A DNA stretch of 64,000 nucleotides, from contig JBOGWB010000086.1 of the NCBI GenBank assembly GCA_050693035.1, positions 1,640-65,639 on the forward strand, in the 5' to 3' direction. Made by a program: the position numbers and the translations under genes. This document shows positions 53,170-61,928 of the stretch, piece by piece (the first letter of the stretch is position 1; the number at the start of each line of letters is the position of its first letter). The notes under the pieces were generated by a model that saw nothing but the letters and a program-made list of their open reading frames with translations, ran no database searches and had not been told where the DNA came from. This DNA comes from Actinomycetota bacterium (GTDB taxonomy: Bacteria > Actinomycetota > UBA4738 > CALAEC01).

Positions 53170-54053
53170 TGGACGTGCTCATCCCAAGAACCCTCGACGA
53201 GGCGCTGGAGATGAAGGCCGAGCGTCCCGAGGCCGTTCCCATCGCCGGCGGGACCGACCTCATGGTCGACCTGAACTTTGGGCGCCTCCGGCCCCCCGCA
53301 GTGATGGAGGTCTCGCGCCTACGCGAGCTCGCGGAGTTCCGAAGCGAGGACGGGTCCACGTTCCTCGGGGCGGGAGTGACCTACATGACGATCGAGCGCG
53401 AGCTCGGAGCGCTCGCCCCGCTGGTTCAGGCGTCCCGCACCGTCGGCTCCCCGCAGATCCGGAACCGCGCCACCGTCGGCGGAAACCTGGGTACGGCCTC
53501 GCCCGCCGGAGACGCTCTCCCCGTCCTGGCAGCGTACGACGCCGTGATCGTGATGGCCTCGGCGCGAGGAGGGACTCGCTCGCTTCCCTGGAACCGTTTC
53601 CTCACCGGTCCGAAGAAGAACGCCCTCCGGCCAGATGAGCTCATCCTCGGAGCGCGGTGGAAGGTCCCGAGGGGTCCGGGTTCGTTCTCCAAGATCGGGA
53701 CGAGGAACGCCATGGTCATCTCGGTGGCGGGGGTGTGCCTCCAGCTCGACGAGGACGATCGGAACGTGCGCGTCGCGCTCGGCTCGGTGGCTCCGACGAT
53801 CGTCCGAGCCCCCGATGCGGAGGAGTTCCTGGCGGGGGCCCTGGACGACGCCGGTGCGTGGGACGATCGTGGCGCGCCGGTTCCTCCTCCGGCCGTGGAG
53901 GAGTTCGGCGAGCGGGTTGCCGCTGCGGCCACTCCGATCGACGACGTGCGGGGAACCGCGGCATACCGTCGCCTTGGGGTGATGGTCCTGGCGCGACGAG
54001 CGCTCTCGTGGGCGCTGATGGAGCGAGCGGCGGGGGCGCTCGCGGAAGGCTGA
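53169..54053 (+). CDS. FAD-binding subunit of a molybdenum hydroxylase (CoxM/XdhB/YgfM-like)
   Basis: ATG 53169 (TGATG overlap). Features: IAGGTDLMVDLN, SPQIRNRATVGGNLGTASPAGD, PIDDVRGTAAYRR. Confidence 0.85.
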   Translation: MDVLIPRTLDEALEMKAERPEAVPIAGGTDLMVDLNFGRLRPPAVMEVSRLRELAEFRSEDGSTFLGAGVTYMTIERELGALAPLVQASRTVGSPQIRNRATVGGNLGTASPAGDALPVLAAYDAVIVMASARGGTRSLPWNRFLTGPKKNALRPDELILGARWKVPRGPGSFSKIGTRNAMVISVAGVCLQLDEDDRNVRVALGSVAPTIVRAPDAEEFLAGALDDAGAWDDRGAPVPPPAVEEFGERVAAAATPIDDVRGTAAYRRLGVMVLARRALSWALMERAAGALAEG

Positions 54054-54055
54054 GC

Positions 54056-54529
54056 GTGCTGGTCCGAGCGCTGGTCAACGGGGAGTGGCGGGAGGCCGAC
54101 GTCTGGCCCGGATCGAGCCTCCTGTACATGCTGCGCGAACACCTCGGCCTGCCCGGCTCGAAGAACGCGTGCGAGCAGGGTGAGTGCGGCTCGTGCTCCG
54201 TGTGGATGGAGGGAGAGCTGGTCTGCTCGTGCCTGGTCCTCGCGGCCCAGGCCGAGGGCAGGGATATCCGGACGGTGGAGTCCCTCTCCGACGGAGGAGA
54301 GCTCCACCCGGTGCAGGAGGCCTTCGTCGAAGCGGGCGCCGTGCAGTGCGGGTTCTGCACCCCGGGTCTGGTCGTGGCGGTGGTGGACCTCCTCGAGCGC
54401 GATCCCGACCCCAGCGAGGCCACGCTCCGGGAAGCCCTGTCGGGGAACCTGTGTCGATGCACGGGCTATCAGAAGATCATCGACGCCGTTCGGCTGGCAT
54501 CGGAGCGCATGAGAGGAGGCCTCGCCTGA
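54056..54529 (+). CDS. [2Fe-2S] small subunit of a molybdenum hydroxylase (CoxS-like)
   Basis: GTG 54056, 157 aa. Features: ACEQGECGSCSV, QCGFCTPG, NLCRCTGYQKI. Confidence 0.88.
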   Translation: MLVRALVNGEWREADVWPGSSLLYMLREHLGLPGSKNACEQGECGSCSVWMEGELVCSCLVLAAQAEGRDIRTVESLSDGGELHPVQEAFVEAGAVQCGFCTPGLVVAVVDLLERDPDPSEATLREALSGNLCRCTGYQKIIDAVRLASERMRGGLA

Positions 54530-55887
54530 CCCGGATCCTCATCGACTCGTGCGAGGTCGTCGTCACGATGGACGACGCCGGGACCGAGATCGCCGGAGGG
54601 TCCATCCTCGTGGAGGACGGAGCTATCGCCTGGGTGGGGGCGGGGGAACCGCCCGACGTGGAAGGAGCCGAGCGGATCAACGGCCGAGACACCGTGGCCG
54701 TTCCCGGCCTCGTGAACGCCCACCACCACCTGTACCAGACGCTGACCCGGGTGCGGGCCCAGCGCGAGGGCTTGTTCGGCTGGCTCACCGAGCTGTATCC
54801 GGTGTGGGCGGGAATCGACCAGGAATGGGAACGGGCCGCCGCGGGGGTGGCGCTCGCCGAGCTGGCCCTGTCCGGCTGCACGACGACCACCGACCACCAC
54901 TACGTGTTCCCCAGGGGCGCGGAGGGACTCCTCGAGGCCGAGATCGGGGTGGCCCGGGAGATCGGCCTTCGGTTCCACCCGTGTCGCGGCTCGATGGACC
55001 TGGGAGCGTCGGCCGGGGGCCTGCCTCCCGACGAGATCGTGGAGGACCCCGACGACGTGCTGGCTCGGACCGAGGAGGCCGTTTCGCGGTTCCACGACGG
55101 TGAGCCGGGCGGCATGGTCCGGGTCGCCGTGGGGCCGTGCTCGCCCTTCTCGGTCACCGAACGGCTCATGCGGGAGTCGGCCGCCCTGGCCCGCGGGCTG
55201 GGGGTCCGCCTCCACACGCACATCGCCGAGACGCTGGACGAGGACGCCTTCTGCCGGGAGAGGTTCGGCCGCAGCCCGCTGGAGCTCCTCGATGATCTGG
55301 GATTCCTGGGCGAGGACGTGTGGCTGGCGCACTGCGTCCACTTGGAGGACAAGGACGTGCGGAGGATCGCGGAGACCGGCACGGGAGTGGCGTGGTGCCC
55401 CACGTCGAACCTGCGCCTCGGGTCGGGGATCGCTCCCGCGCGGGCCCTCCTCGACGAGGGGGTCAGCGTGGGGCTCGGCGTTGACGGCTCCGCGTCGAAC
55501 GACGCCGGCGACATGATCGCGGAGGTCCGTCAGGCCATGCTGGTGGTTCGGGCGGACGGCGACCCCGGGGCCCTCTCCGCGCGAGACGCTCTCCGGGTGG
55601 CCACCCGAGGAAGCGCGGCGTGCCTCGGACGCGCCGACGTCGGTTCGCTCGAGCCGGGGAAGCGCGCCGACGTGGCCCTGTTCTCGCTCCAGGGCCTATC
55701 GTTCGCCGGCGCGGAGTCCGATCCGGTCGCGGCCGTCGTTCAGTGCGGGCCACAACGAGTCCGGCACCTCCTCGTTGAGGGAAGGCCGGTGGTCCGGGAC
55801 GGACGGCTCGTGAACGCCGACGAGGATGCCCTGGCGACCGAGGGCCGGCGGGTGGGCCGGCGCATCCTCGAGAAGGCCGGCCCATGA
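54526..55887 (+). CDS. Amidohydrolase, guanine/8-oxoguanine-deaminase-like (start codon ambiguous)
   Basis: Frame of track ORF 54184-55887. Features: VPGLVNAHHHLYQTL, CTTTTDHHY, RLHTHIAETLDE, LAHCVHL, WCPTSNLRLGSG, GVDGSASND. GAGAGGAGG at 54511-54519 points to initiation near CTG 54526. The other in-frame options are ATG 54457 (73-nt overlap with the previous gene) or ATG 54568 (truncating). Confidence 0.7.
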   Translation: MTRILIDSCEVVVTMDDAGTEIAGGSILVEDGAIAWVGAGEPPDVEGAERINGRDTVAVPGLVNAHHHLYQTLTRVRAQREGLFGWLTELYPVWAGIDQEWERAAAGVALAELALSGCTTTTDHHYVFPRGAEGLLEAEIGVAREIGLRFHPCRGSMDLGASAGGLPPDEIVEDPDDVLARTEEAVSRFHDGEPGGMVRVAVGPCSPFSVTERLMRESAALARGLGVRLHTHIAETLDEDAFCRERFGRSPLELLDDLGFLGEDVWLAHCVHLEDKDVRRIAETGTGVAWCPTSNLRLGSGIAPARALLDEGVSVGLGVDGSASNDAGDMIAEVRQAMLVVRADGDPGALSARDALRVATRGSAACLGRADVGSLEPGKRADVALFSLQGLSFAGAESDPVAAVVQCGPQRVRHLLVEGRPVVRDGRLVNADEDALATEGRRVGRRILEKAGP

Positions 55888-58316
55888 CGATCCGCACCGA
55901 CCGGCTGCTCAAACGCGGCGTGGGCGAGAGCGTCCAGCGCATCGACGGCGTTCCCAAGACCCAGGGGATGTTCCAGTACGGGAGCGACCTCTGGGCCGAG
56001 GGGATGCTGTGGGGCCACACCGTGCGGAGCCCCCATCCCCATGCCCGGATCAAGGACGTCGACGTCGGCGCCGCCCGGTCCTCCCCGGGGGTCCACGCGG
56101 TGCTGCTGGCGGCGGACGTGCCGGGGAAGAAGACGTACGGCCTCGAGTTCTCCGACCAGCCCGTGTTGGCATGGGACGTCGTGCGGTACGCGGGGGAGCC
56201 GGTGGCCGTGGTGGCCGCCGAACACCCGGAGCTGGCGCGACAGGCTGCGGCCAAGGTCCGGGTCGATTACGAGGCATTGAACCCGGTCACGGACATGGTC
56301 GACGCCCTCGGGCCCGGGGCGCCGCAGCTCCACGCGTGGGGGAACGTCCTCCGGCACGTGCGCATCGTCCACGGCGACCCCGATGCTCAGGCCGACGTGT
56401 GGGCCGAGGGCTACTACGAGACCGGGATGCAGGACCAGGCGCCGCTCGGTCCGGAGTCCGGCCTGGCGGTGCCCGGGGAAGACGGCGGCGTGGACCTGTA
56501 CGTCTCCACCCAGTGGCTGCACGTCGACCGCGAGCAGATCGCACCGTGCCTGGGGCTGCCCGAGGAGAAGGTTCGCCTGTACCTCGCCGGGGTCGGCGGG
56601 GCGTTCGGCGCCCGCGAGGACGTCCACATCCAGATCCATGCCTGCATGCTCGCTCTCGACACCGGAAAGCCGGTGAAGATGATGTATGGGCGCGAGGAGT
56701 CCTTCTTCGGCCACGTGCACCGCCACCCCTCCCGCATCTGGATGCGTCACGGAGCCACGCGCGACGGGAAGCTCGTGAACGTCCGGGTCCGGCTGCTGGT
56801 GGACGGGGGCGCCTACGCGTCGTCCTCAGCGGCGGTCATCGGCAACGCCTCCACGTTCGCCGCGGGCCCCTACGAGGTCGAAAACGCCCTCATCGAGGGA
56901 ACCGGTGTGTACACGAACAACCCGCCGTGCGGCGCCATGCGGGGGTTCGGAGCCGTCCAGGCGTGCTTCGCTTTCGAATCCCAGATGGACAAGCTGGCGA
57001 AGGAGCTCCGGCTCCACCCGCTGGAGATCCGGCGGAGGAACGCGCTCCGCAGCGGGTCCACCCTCCCCACGGGCCAGGTCATCCGGGGGACCGCCCCGGT
57101 CCGGGAGCTGCTGGATCGGCTCGAGGGCATCCCCCTCCCGACCGACGAGCTCGCCGAGACCCGCGACCCCATCACGTTCCCGGGCGGGGCGGGGAACGTC
57201 GGACATGGGGAGGGTCTCAAGCGAGGGATCGGCTACGCGGTGGGCTACAAGAACATCGCGTACAGCGAGGGGTTCGATGACTCCGCAGAGGCCAGGGTGA
57301 CGCTGTTCCGGGGGACATCCGGCCCGGTGGCCGAGGTGCACAGCGCCGCCGCGGAGGTCGGGCAGGGCGTGCACACGATCATGGCCCAGATCGCCCGCAC
57401 CGAGCTCGGCGTCGACGACGTGATGCTCCATCCGTCAGACACGAGCGTCGGTTCCGCCGGCTCCAGCTCTGCCTCGCGCCAAACCATGATGTCCGGCGGT
57501 GCCGTCGAGCTCGCCGCCACGGCGGTTCGCGACGACTTGCTCGAGCGGGTACGAGCCCGAGCGAAGTCCGCGAATTCCCCGCTGGGAGGGGAGCTGTCCC
57601 TGGCCGACGGCCGGATCCTGCTCGACGGCGTTCCGATCGGTGACATCGACGAATTCCTCGACGAGCCCATCACCGCGACCCGCGTCTACCACCACCGGCA
57701 GACCACTCCGATCGACGAGCGAGGGCAGGGGGAGCCTCACGTGTCGTTTGCATTCGCGGCCCAGCGAGCGGTGGTGGAGGTGGACGAGGACCTGGGCTTG
57801 GTGAGAGTGGTCGAGATAGCTTCGGTGCAGGACGTGGGGAAGGCCCTGAACCCCCAGAGCGTCCACGGACAGGTCGAGGGCGGGACCGCCCAGGGCCTGG
57901 GGCTGGCGCTCATGGAGGAGATCCAACTGACGGAGGGCGTCATCAAGAACGCGTCATTCACCGACTATCTGATCCCCACGATCCTCGACATGCCTCCGGT
58001 GGTCTCGGAGTTGCTCGAGGAGCCGGAGCCCGGCGTGCCGTACGGAGCGAAAGGGGTGGGCGAACCGTCCACCATCGTGTCCACGGCCGCCATCGCCGCG
58101 GCGCTTCGGGACGCCACGGGCCGGGAGCTGAACCGCGTCCCGGTTACCCCGGACGACCTTGTGGGGTTGAGGCCCCCTGCAGAAGCCGGCCCACCGCCGC
58201 CCGCTCCCGACGTCCCCTTCCCCGAGCCCGTGCCGAAGCACGCCGGGATCGCCGCCGGACAGACCGAGCTGGGCGGCCACGATGAAGCCGACGGGTATCA
58301 GGGAGGCAAGGGGTGA
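55884..58316 (+). CDS. Molybdopterin-binding large subunit of a xanthine-dehydrogenase/CO-dehydrogenase-family hydroxylase
   Basis: ATG 55884 (ATGA overlap), 810 aa. Features: GVPKTQGMFQYGSD, YAGEPVAVVAAE, GGAFGAREDV, GAMRGFGAVQ, YGAKGVGEPST. Confidence 0.88.
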   Translation: MTIRTDRLLKRGVGESVQRIDGVPKTQGMFQYGSDLWAEGMLWGHTVRSPHPHARIKDVDVGAARSSPGVHAVLLAADVPGKKTYGLEFSDQPVLAWDVVRYAGEPVAVVAAEHPELARQAAAKVRVDYEALNPVTDMVDALGPGAPQLHAWGNVLRHVRIVHGDPDAQADVWAEGYYETGMQDQAPLGPESGLAVPGEDGGVDLYVSTQWLHVDREQIAPCLGLPEEKVRLYLAGVGGAFGAREDVHIQIHACMLALDTGKPVKMMYGREESFFGHVHRHPSRIWMRHGATRDGKLVNVRVRLLVDGGAYASSSAAVIGNASTFAAGPYEVENALIEGTGVYTNNPPCGAMRGFGAVQACFAFESQMDKLAKELRLHPLEIRRRNALRSGSTLPTGQVIRGTAPVRELLDRLEGIPLPTDELAETRDPITFPGGAGNVGHGEGLKRGIGYAVGYKNIAYSEGFDDSAEARVTLFRGTSGPVAEVHSAAAEVGQGVHTIMAQIARTELGVDDVMLHPSDTSVGSAGSSSASRQTMMSGGAVELAATAVRDDLLERVRARAKSANSPLGGELSLADGRILLDGVPIGDIDEFLDEPITATRVYHHRQTTPIDERGQGEPHVSFAFAAQRAVVEVDEDLGLVRVVEIASVQDVGKALNPQSVHGQVEGGTAQGLGLALMEEIQLTEGVIKNASFTDYLIPTILDMPPVVSELLEEPEPGVPYGAKGVGEPSTIVSTAAIAAALRDATGRELNRVPVTPDDLVGLRPPAEAGPPPPAPDVPFPEPVPKHAGIAAGQTELGGHDEADGYQGGKG

Positions 58317-58326
58317 AGGCGGGAGG

Positions 58327-59322
58327 ATGAAGAGGAACACCCTCACGGGACGGGACTACATCGAGACGCTCGACTGGACCATCGAGGAGATCGAGGAGGC
58401 CATCTCGGTGGCCACGCAGCTCAAGGAGAAGTTCCGCCAGGGCGAGCCCCATCGTCTCCTGGCCGACCGCACGCTGTTCATGCTGTTCCTGGACAAGTCC
58501 ACGCGCACCCGCAACGCATTCGAGGCGGGGATGACCCAGCTCGGCGGGCACGCGCACTACCTGGACGCGGAGAAGACCCAGGTCGCCCACGGGGAGAGTC
58601 CCAAGGACATGGGCGTCATCCTGTCGCGGTACGGACACGGGATCGCCATCCGCCACGACCTCATCCCGTACGAGGGCAACGCGTACATGCGTGAGGTCGC
58701 CCGATGGGCGGACGCCCCGGTCATCAATCTCCAGTGCGACGTGGACCACCCGACCCAGACCCTGGCGGACCTGATGACCCTCCGCGAGAAGCGAGGGACC
58801 GACCTTCGAGGGATGCGGGTGGCCGTGTCGTGGGCGTACGCCCCGTCGTACGCGAAGCCCCTGTCCGTCCCTCAGGGCCTGTGCGCCCTCCTTCCCCGGT
58901 TCGGGATCGACGTCGTCCTCGCGTACCCCGAGGGATGGGACCTCATGCCCGCCCTCATGGAGCGGGCTCAGAAAGCGGCGACGGAGGGCGGAGGCTCGAT
59001 CACGATCGCCCACGACATGGAGGAGGCGTTCCGTGATGCCGACGCCGTGTACCCGAAGTCATGGGGGCGACTGGACCTGTTCACCGACGAGCGGGCCGCC
59101 CTGGAGGTCTCCGAGCCACATCGAGGATGGATCTGCGACGTGGAGCGGATGGGCCGGGCCAAGGAGGACGCTCTCTATCTCCACTGCTTGCCCGCCGACC
59201 GGGGGAGTGAGGTGACCGACGAGGTCATCGATGGCCCGCAGTCCGTCGTCTACGACGAAGCGGAGAATAGGCTGCACACGGGCAAGGCGCTCATGGCTCT
59301 GACGATGGGCGGCTTCGCCTGA
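58327..59322 (+). CDS. ygeW: YgeW-family (knotted) carbamoyltransferase
   Basis: ATG 58327 with GGGAGG upstream, 331 aa. Features: STRTRNAFE, GNAYMREV, NLQCDVDHPTQ, SWAYAPSYAKPLSVPQG, AYPEGWDL, EEAFRDADAVYPKSW, LYLHCLPAD. These match the segments I recall from E. coli YgeW, although this protein is shorter. Confidence 0.8.
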   Translation: MKRNTLTGRDYIETLDWTIEEIEEAISVATQLKEKFRQGEPHRLLADRTLFMLFLDKSTRTRNAFEAGMTQLGGHAHYLDAEKTQVAHGESPKDMGVILSRYGHGIAIRHDLIPYEGNAYMREVARWADAPVINLQCDVDHPTQTLADLMTLREKRGTDLRGMRVAVSWAYAPSYAKPLSVPQGLCALLPRFGIDVVLAYPEGWDLMPALMERAQKAATEGGGSITIAHDMEEAFRDADAVYPKSWGRLDLFTDERAALEVSEPHRGWICDVERMGRAKEDALYLHCLPADRGSEVTDEVIDGPQSVVYDEAENRLHTGKALMALTMGGFA

Positions 59323-59337
59323 CGGGGCCAGCGGGCT

Positions 59338-59574
59338 CTACCGCCGCCTCTTCTTCAGCCCGTCGGGGGCGATACTCGCCGCGATGTCGTACGCCTCCCC
59401 CAGACGGGACCTGTCGACGAATAATCTGGGACCCCACTCCATGAACAACGCGTAGGAAAGGGTCCCCGGGTTCTTGCACCACCACATGATCCCCGCCTCT
59501 TCCAGGGCCTCGGCGATGCGGTTGGCATGCTCCCACGTGAACTGGCCGAGATAGACGGTGGTGATCCCGCTCAT
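59338..59574 (-). CDS. Small hypothetical protein
   Basis: 78-aa ORF, 9 nt downstream of the GNAT gene on the same strand. Trp-rich (IMWWCKNPG, FMEWGP) with a basic tail (KKRRR). No family recognised. Confidence 0.45.
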   Translation of the reverse strand: MSGITTVYLGQFTWEHANRIAEALEEAGIMWWCKNPGTLSYALFMEWGPRLFVDRSRLGEAYDIAASIAPDGLKKRRR

Positions 59575-59583
59575 GGACCGATC

Positions 59584-60114
59584 TTAGCCCGGCGGCCGCC
59601 AACGTCCCGGTGTGATGGCGTACAGGACGAAGTCGGTGCCGGATTCCTTGAGCGATCGCTCTGAGACGAAGCCCAGCTTCTCGAGTACCCGTCGCATCGA
59701 CGAGTTGTCGGGCGGCGTGGCCGCCTGGAGCCGCGTCGCGCCGGCGTGATCGAAGAGCCAGTCGGCCAGCAGGACGAGGGCCTCCGTGCCGTGGCCCATC
59801 CCCCGTGAGGCCTCCTCGAACAGGCCGACGCCGATCTCGAACCAGCGCGGAGGGAGGGTCCGAGCCGGAGGGCGGTACGTGCCGATCTCTCCGACGAGGA
59901 GCCCGTCGGCCTCGATTGCCAGGTCGAGCCGCCCATTCTCGAGGTGGCCCGACCGCTCCACCCGGGTCCGGAGGGCGTCTCGGGTCGGCGGGCCGCCCGG
60001 CTGCTCGGCGTAAGCATTCAGGCGAGCGGCCCACCACGCGTCGAGCTCCCCTCGGCGGAAGGGGCGAAGGACGACCCGTTGTCCCTCGAGGCGCACGTGC
60101 CTTCCGGGTCCCAC
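59584..60114 (-). CDS. GNAT-family N-acetyltransferase (RimJ/RimL-like)
   Basis: C-terminal part of track ORF 59584-60273; the likely start is GTG at 60114 or 60096. Features: VVLRPFRRGELDAW, IGVGLFEEASRGMGHGTEALVLLADWLF (acetyl-CoA-binding region), SMRRVLEKLGF. Confidence 0.75.
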   Translation of the reverse strand: MGPGRHVRLEGQRVVLRPFRRGELDAWWAARLNAYAEQPGGPPTRDALRTRVERSGHLENGRLDLAIEADGLLVGEIGTYRPPARTLPPRWFEIGVGLFEEASRGMGHGTEALVLLADWLFDHAGATRLQAATPPDNSSMRRVLEKLGFVSERSLKESGTDFVLYAITPGRWRPPG

Positions 60115-60154
60115 GCCGCCCAGGATAGGTGGGACCCGAGTACACTTCCGCAAA

Positions 60155-61903
60155 ATGGCCCCCCGGGACGAGCCGCCCTTTCGCCAGAAGCTCCGCCGGC
60201 GCCTCGCCGTGTCGCGGGGGGACGAGCCGGCCGACCTGGTGATCCGAGGCGGACGGGTCCTCTCGGTGTTCACGGGCGAGCTGCTCGAGGCCGACGTCGC
60301 GGTGGCCGGAGAGCACGTGGCGGGCGTGGGCCGCTACGACGACGGCAGGCAGACCGTGGATGCCTCCGGCCTCGTTCTCCTTCCCGGTTTCATCGACGGG
60401 CACATGCACATCGAGTCCACGAAGCTCATGGTGGACGAGTTCGCGAGAGCCGCGCTGCCGTGGGGGACCACCACGGTCGTCCTCGACCCCCACGAGATCG
60501 CCAACGTGTTCGGTCTGGACGGAGTTCGGGCCATCCTGGCGTCGGCCGATGCGGTGCCCCTCGACTACTACGTGATGGTGTCCTCCTGCGTACCGGCGTC
60601 GGCATTCGAGTCGAGCGCCCACACCGTAACCGCCGAGGATATCGCCCGGTTCCTGGAAGAGGAGCCGCGGGCGCTCGGGGTCGCCGAGATGATGAACTTC
60701 CCTTCCGTGGTCCGGGGCGACGACGACGCGCTGTCCAAGCTCGAAGCGGCGCGGTTGGCGGGCGGTGGGCACGTCGATGGGCACGCACCGGGACTCTCCG
60801 GCCGCGACCTGAACGCCTATATCGCTGCCGGAGTACGAAGCGACCACGAGTGCACGACGTACCAGGAGGCGTTGGAGAAGCGTCGCCTGGGGATGTGGAT
60901 CATGATCCGAGAGGGGTCCGCGGCCCGGAACCTCGAAGCTCTCCTCCCTCTGGTGCTCGAGCTTGGTCCGGGGAACTCCATGCTCTGTACCGATGATCGG
61001 GAGCCCGACCAGTTGTTGCGCGAAGGCCACATCAACGACGTCATGCGCAGAGCGGTGGTGCTGGGGTGCCCTCCGGCCGAGGCGGTGGTGATGGGAACCC
61101 TCAACGCTGCTCGCTATCACCGTCTCCACGAGCATGGCGCCTTGGCTCCCGGCTACCTCGCCGACATCGTGACGGTGGAAGACCTGGAACGGTTTCGACC
61201 AGTCAAGGTCTGGAAGCGCGGCCGGTTGGTGGCGCAAGACGGTCGGGCCGCGGACATCCCCCGGGTGGCGGCTCCGGATTGGATGCGGGGCAGCGTGCGC
61301 GTGCCCGCCCTCACGGCCGGCGACTTCCGAATGGAGGCCGGAGGCCGGGTGCGAGTGATCGGAGTGGACGCGGGAGAGATCGTGACCCGGGCCCTGGTCC
61401 TCGAGCCCGCCAGGCGCGACGGCGAAGCCGTCGCCGATCCCGGACGAGACCTGGCCAAGGCGGCGGTCGTCGAGCGCCACAAGGGAACGGGGCGGATCGG
61501 TCTTGGCTTCGTGCAGGGGTTCGGCCTCAGGCGCGGAGCCCTGGCTTCCACGCACGCTCACGACGCTCACAACGTCGTGGTCGTCGGGGTCGACGATACG
61601 GACATGGCAGTGGCGGTGAACCGGCTCGCGGAGATCGGCGGTGGCCAGGTGGCGGTGGCCGGCGGGCACGTGTTGGGGGAGGTGCCCTGCCCCATCGGAG
61701 GGCTCATATCGGACCGGCCGGTGGAGGAGGTGGCGGCCGCCGTCGAGCACATGGAGAAGGCCGCCTCAGAGCTTGGAGTCATCATCCAGTCCCCGTTCAT
61801 GGCCATCTCGTTCCTGGCCCTCTCGGTGGTCCCCGAGCTCAAGCTGACCGACCTTGGCCTGGTCGATGCGGTGAAGTTCGAGCTCGTCCCGCTGGAGGCG
61901 TAG
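60155..61903 (+). CDS. ade: Adenine deaminase
   Basis: 582-aa ORF. Features: LLPGFIDGHMHIEST, GTTTVVLDPHEIANV, VAEMMNFPSV, VDGHAPGLSGRDLNAYIAAGVRSDHE, TDDREP, and the C-terminal HDAHNVVVVG module typical of Ade. Confidence 0.88.
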   Translation: MAPRDEPPFRQKLRRRLAVSRGDEPADLVIRGGRVLSVFTGELLEADVAVAGEHVAGVGRYDDGRQTVDASGLVLLPGFIDGHMHIESTKLMVDEFARAALPWGTTTVVLDPHEIANVFGLDGVRAILASADAVPLDYYVMVSSCVPASAFESSAHTVTAEDIARFLEEEPRALGVAEMMNFPSVVRGDDDALSKLEAARLAGGGHVDGHAPGLSGRDLNAYIAAGVRSDHECTTYQEALEKRRLGMWIMIREGSAARNLEALLPLVLELGPGNSMLCTDDREPDQLLREGHINDVMRRAVVLGCPPAEAVVMGTLNAARYHRLHEHGALAPGYLADIVTVEDLERFRPVKVWKRGRLVAQDGRAADIPRVAAPDWMRGSVRVPALTAGDFRMEAGGRVRVIGVDAGEIVTRALVLEPARRDGEAVADPGRDLAKAAVVERHKGTGRIGLGFVQGFGLRRGALASTHAHDAHNVVVVGVDDTDMAVAVNRLAEIGGGQVAVAGGHVLGEVPCPIGGLISDRPVEEVAAAVEHMEKAASELGVIIQSPFMAISFLALSVVPELKLTDLGLVDAVKFELVPLEA

Positions 61904-61928
61904 CGCCCCCGCTCCGCATAGGATTCTC

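Noticed and set aside
48210-58316. Selenocysteine recoding or in-frame stop codons in the Mo hydroxylase genes, considered because related clusters are linked to selenium-dependent hydroxylases.
   Set aside because: All of these ORFs are uninterrupted. No selD, selA, selB, yqeC or SECIS-like feature was seen in the window, so no selenium link can be claimed from this sequence.
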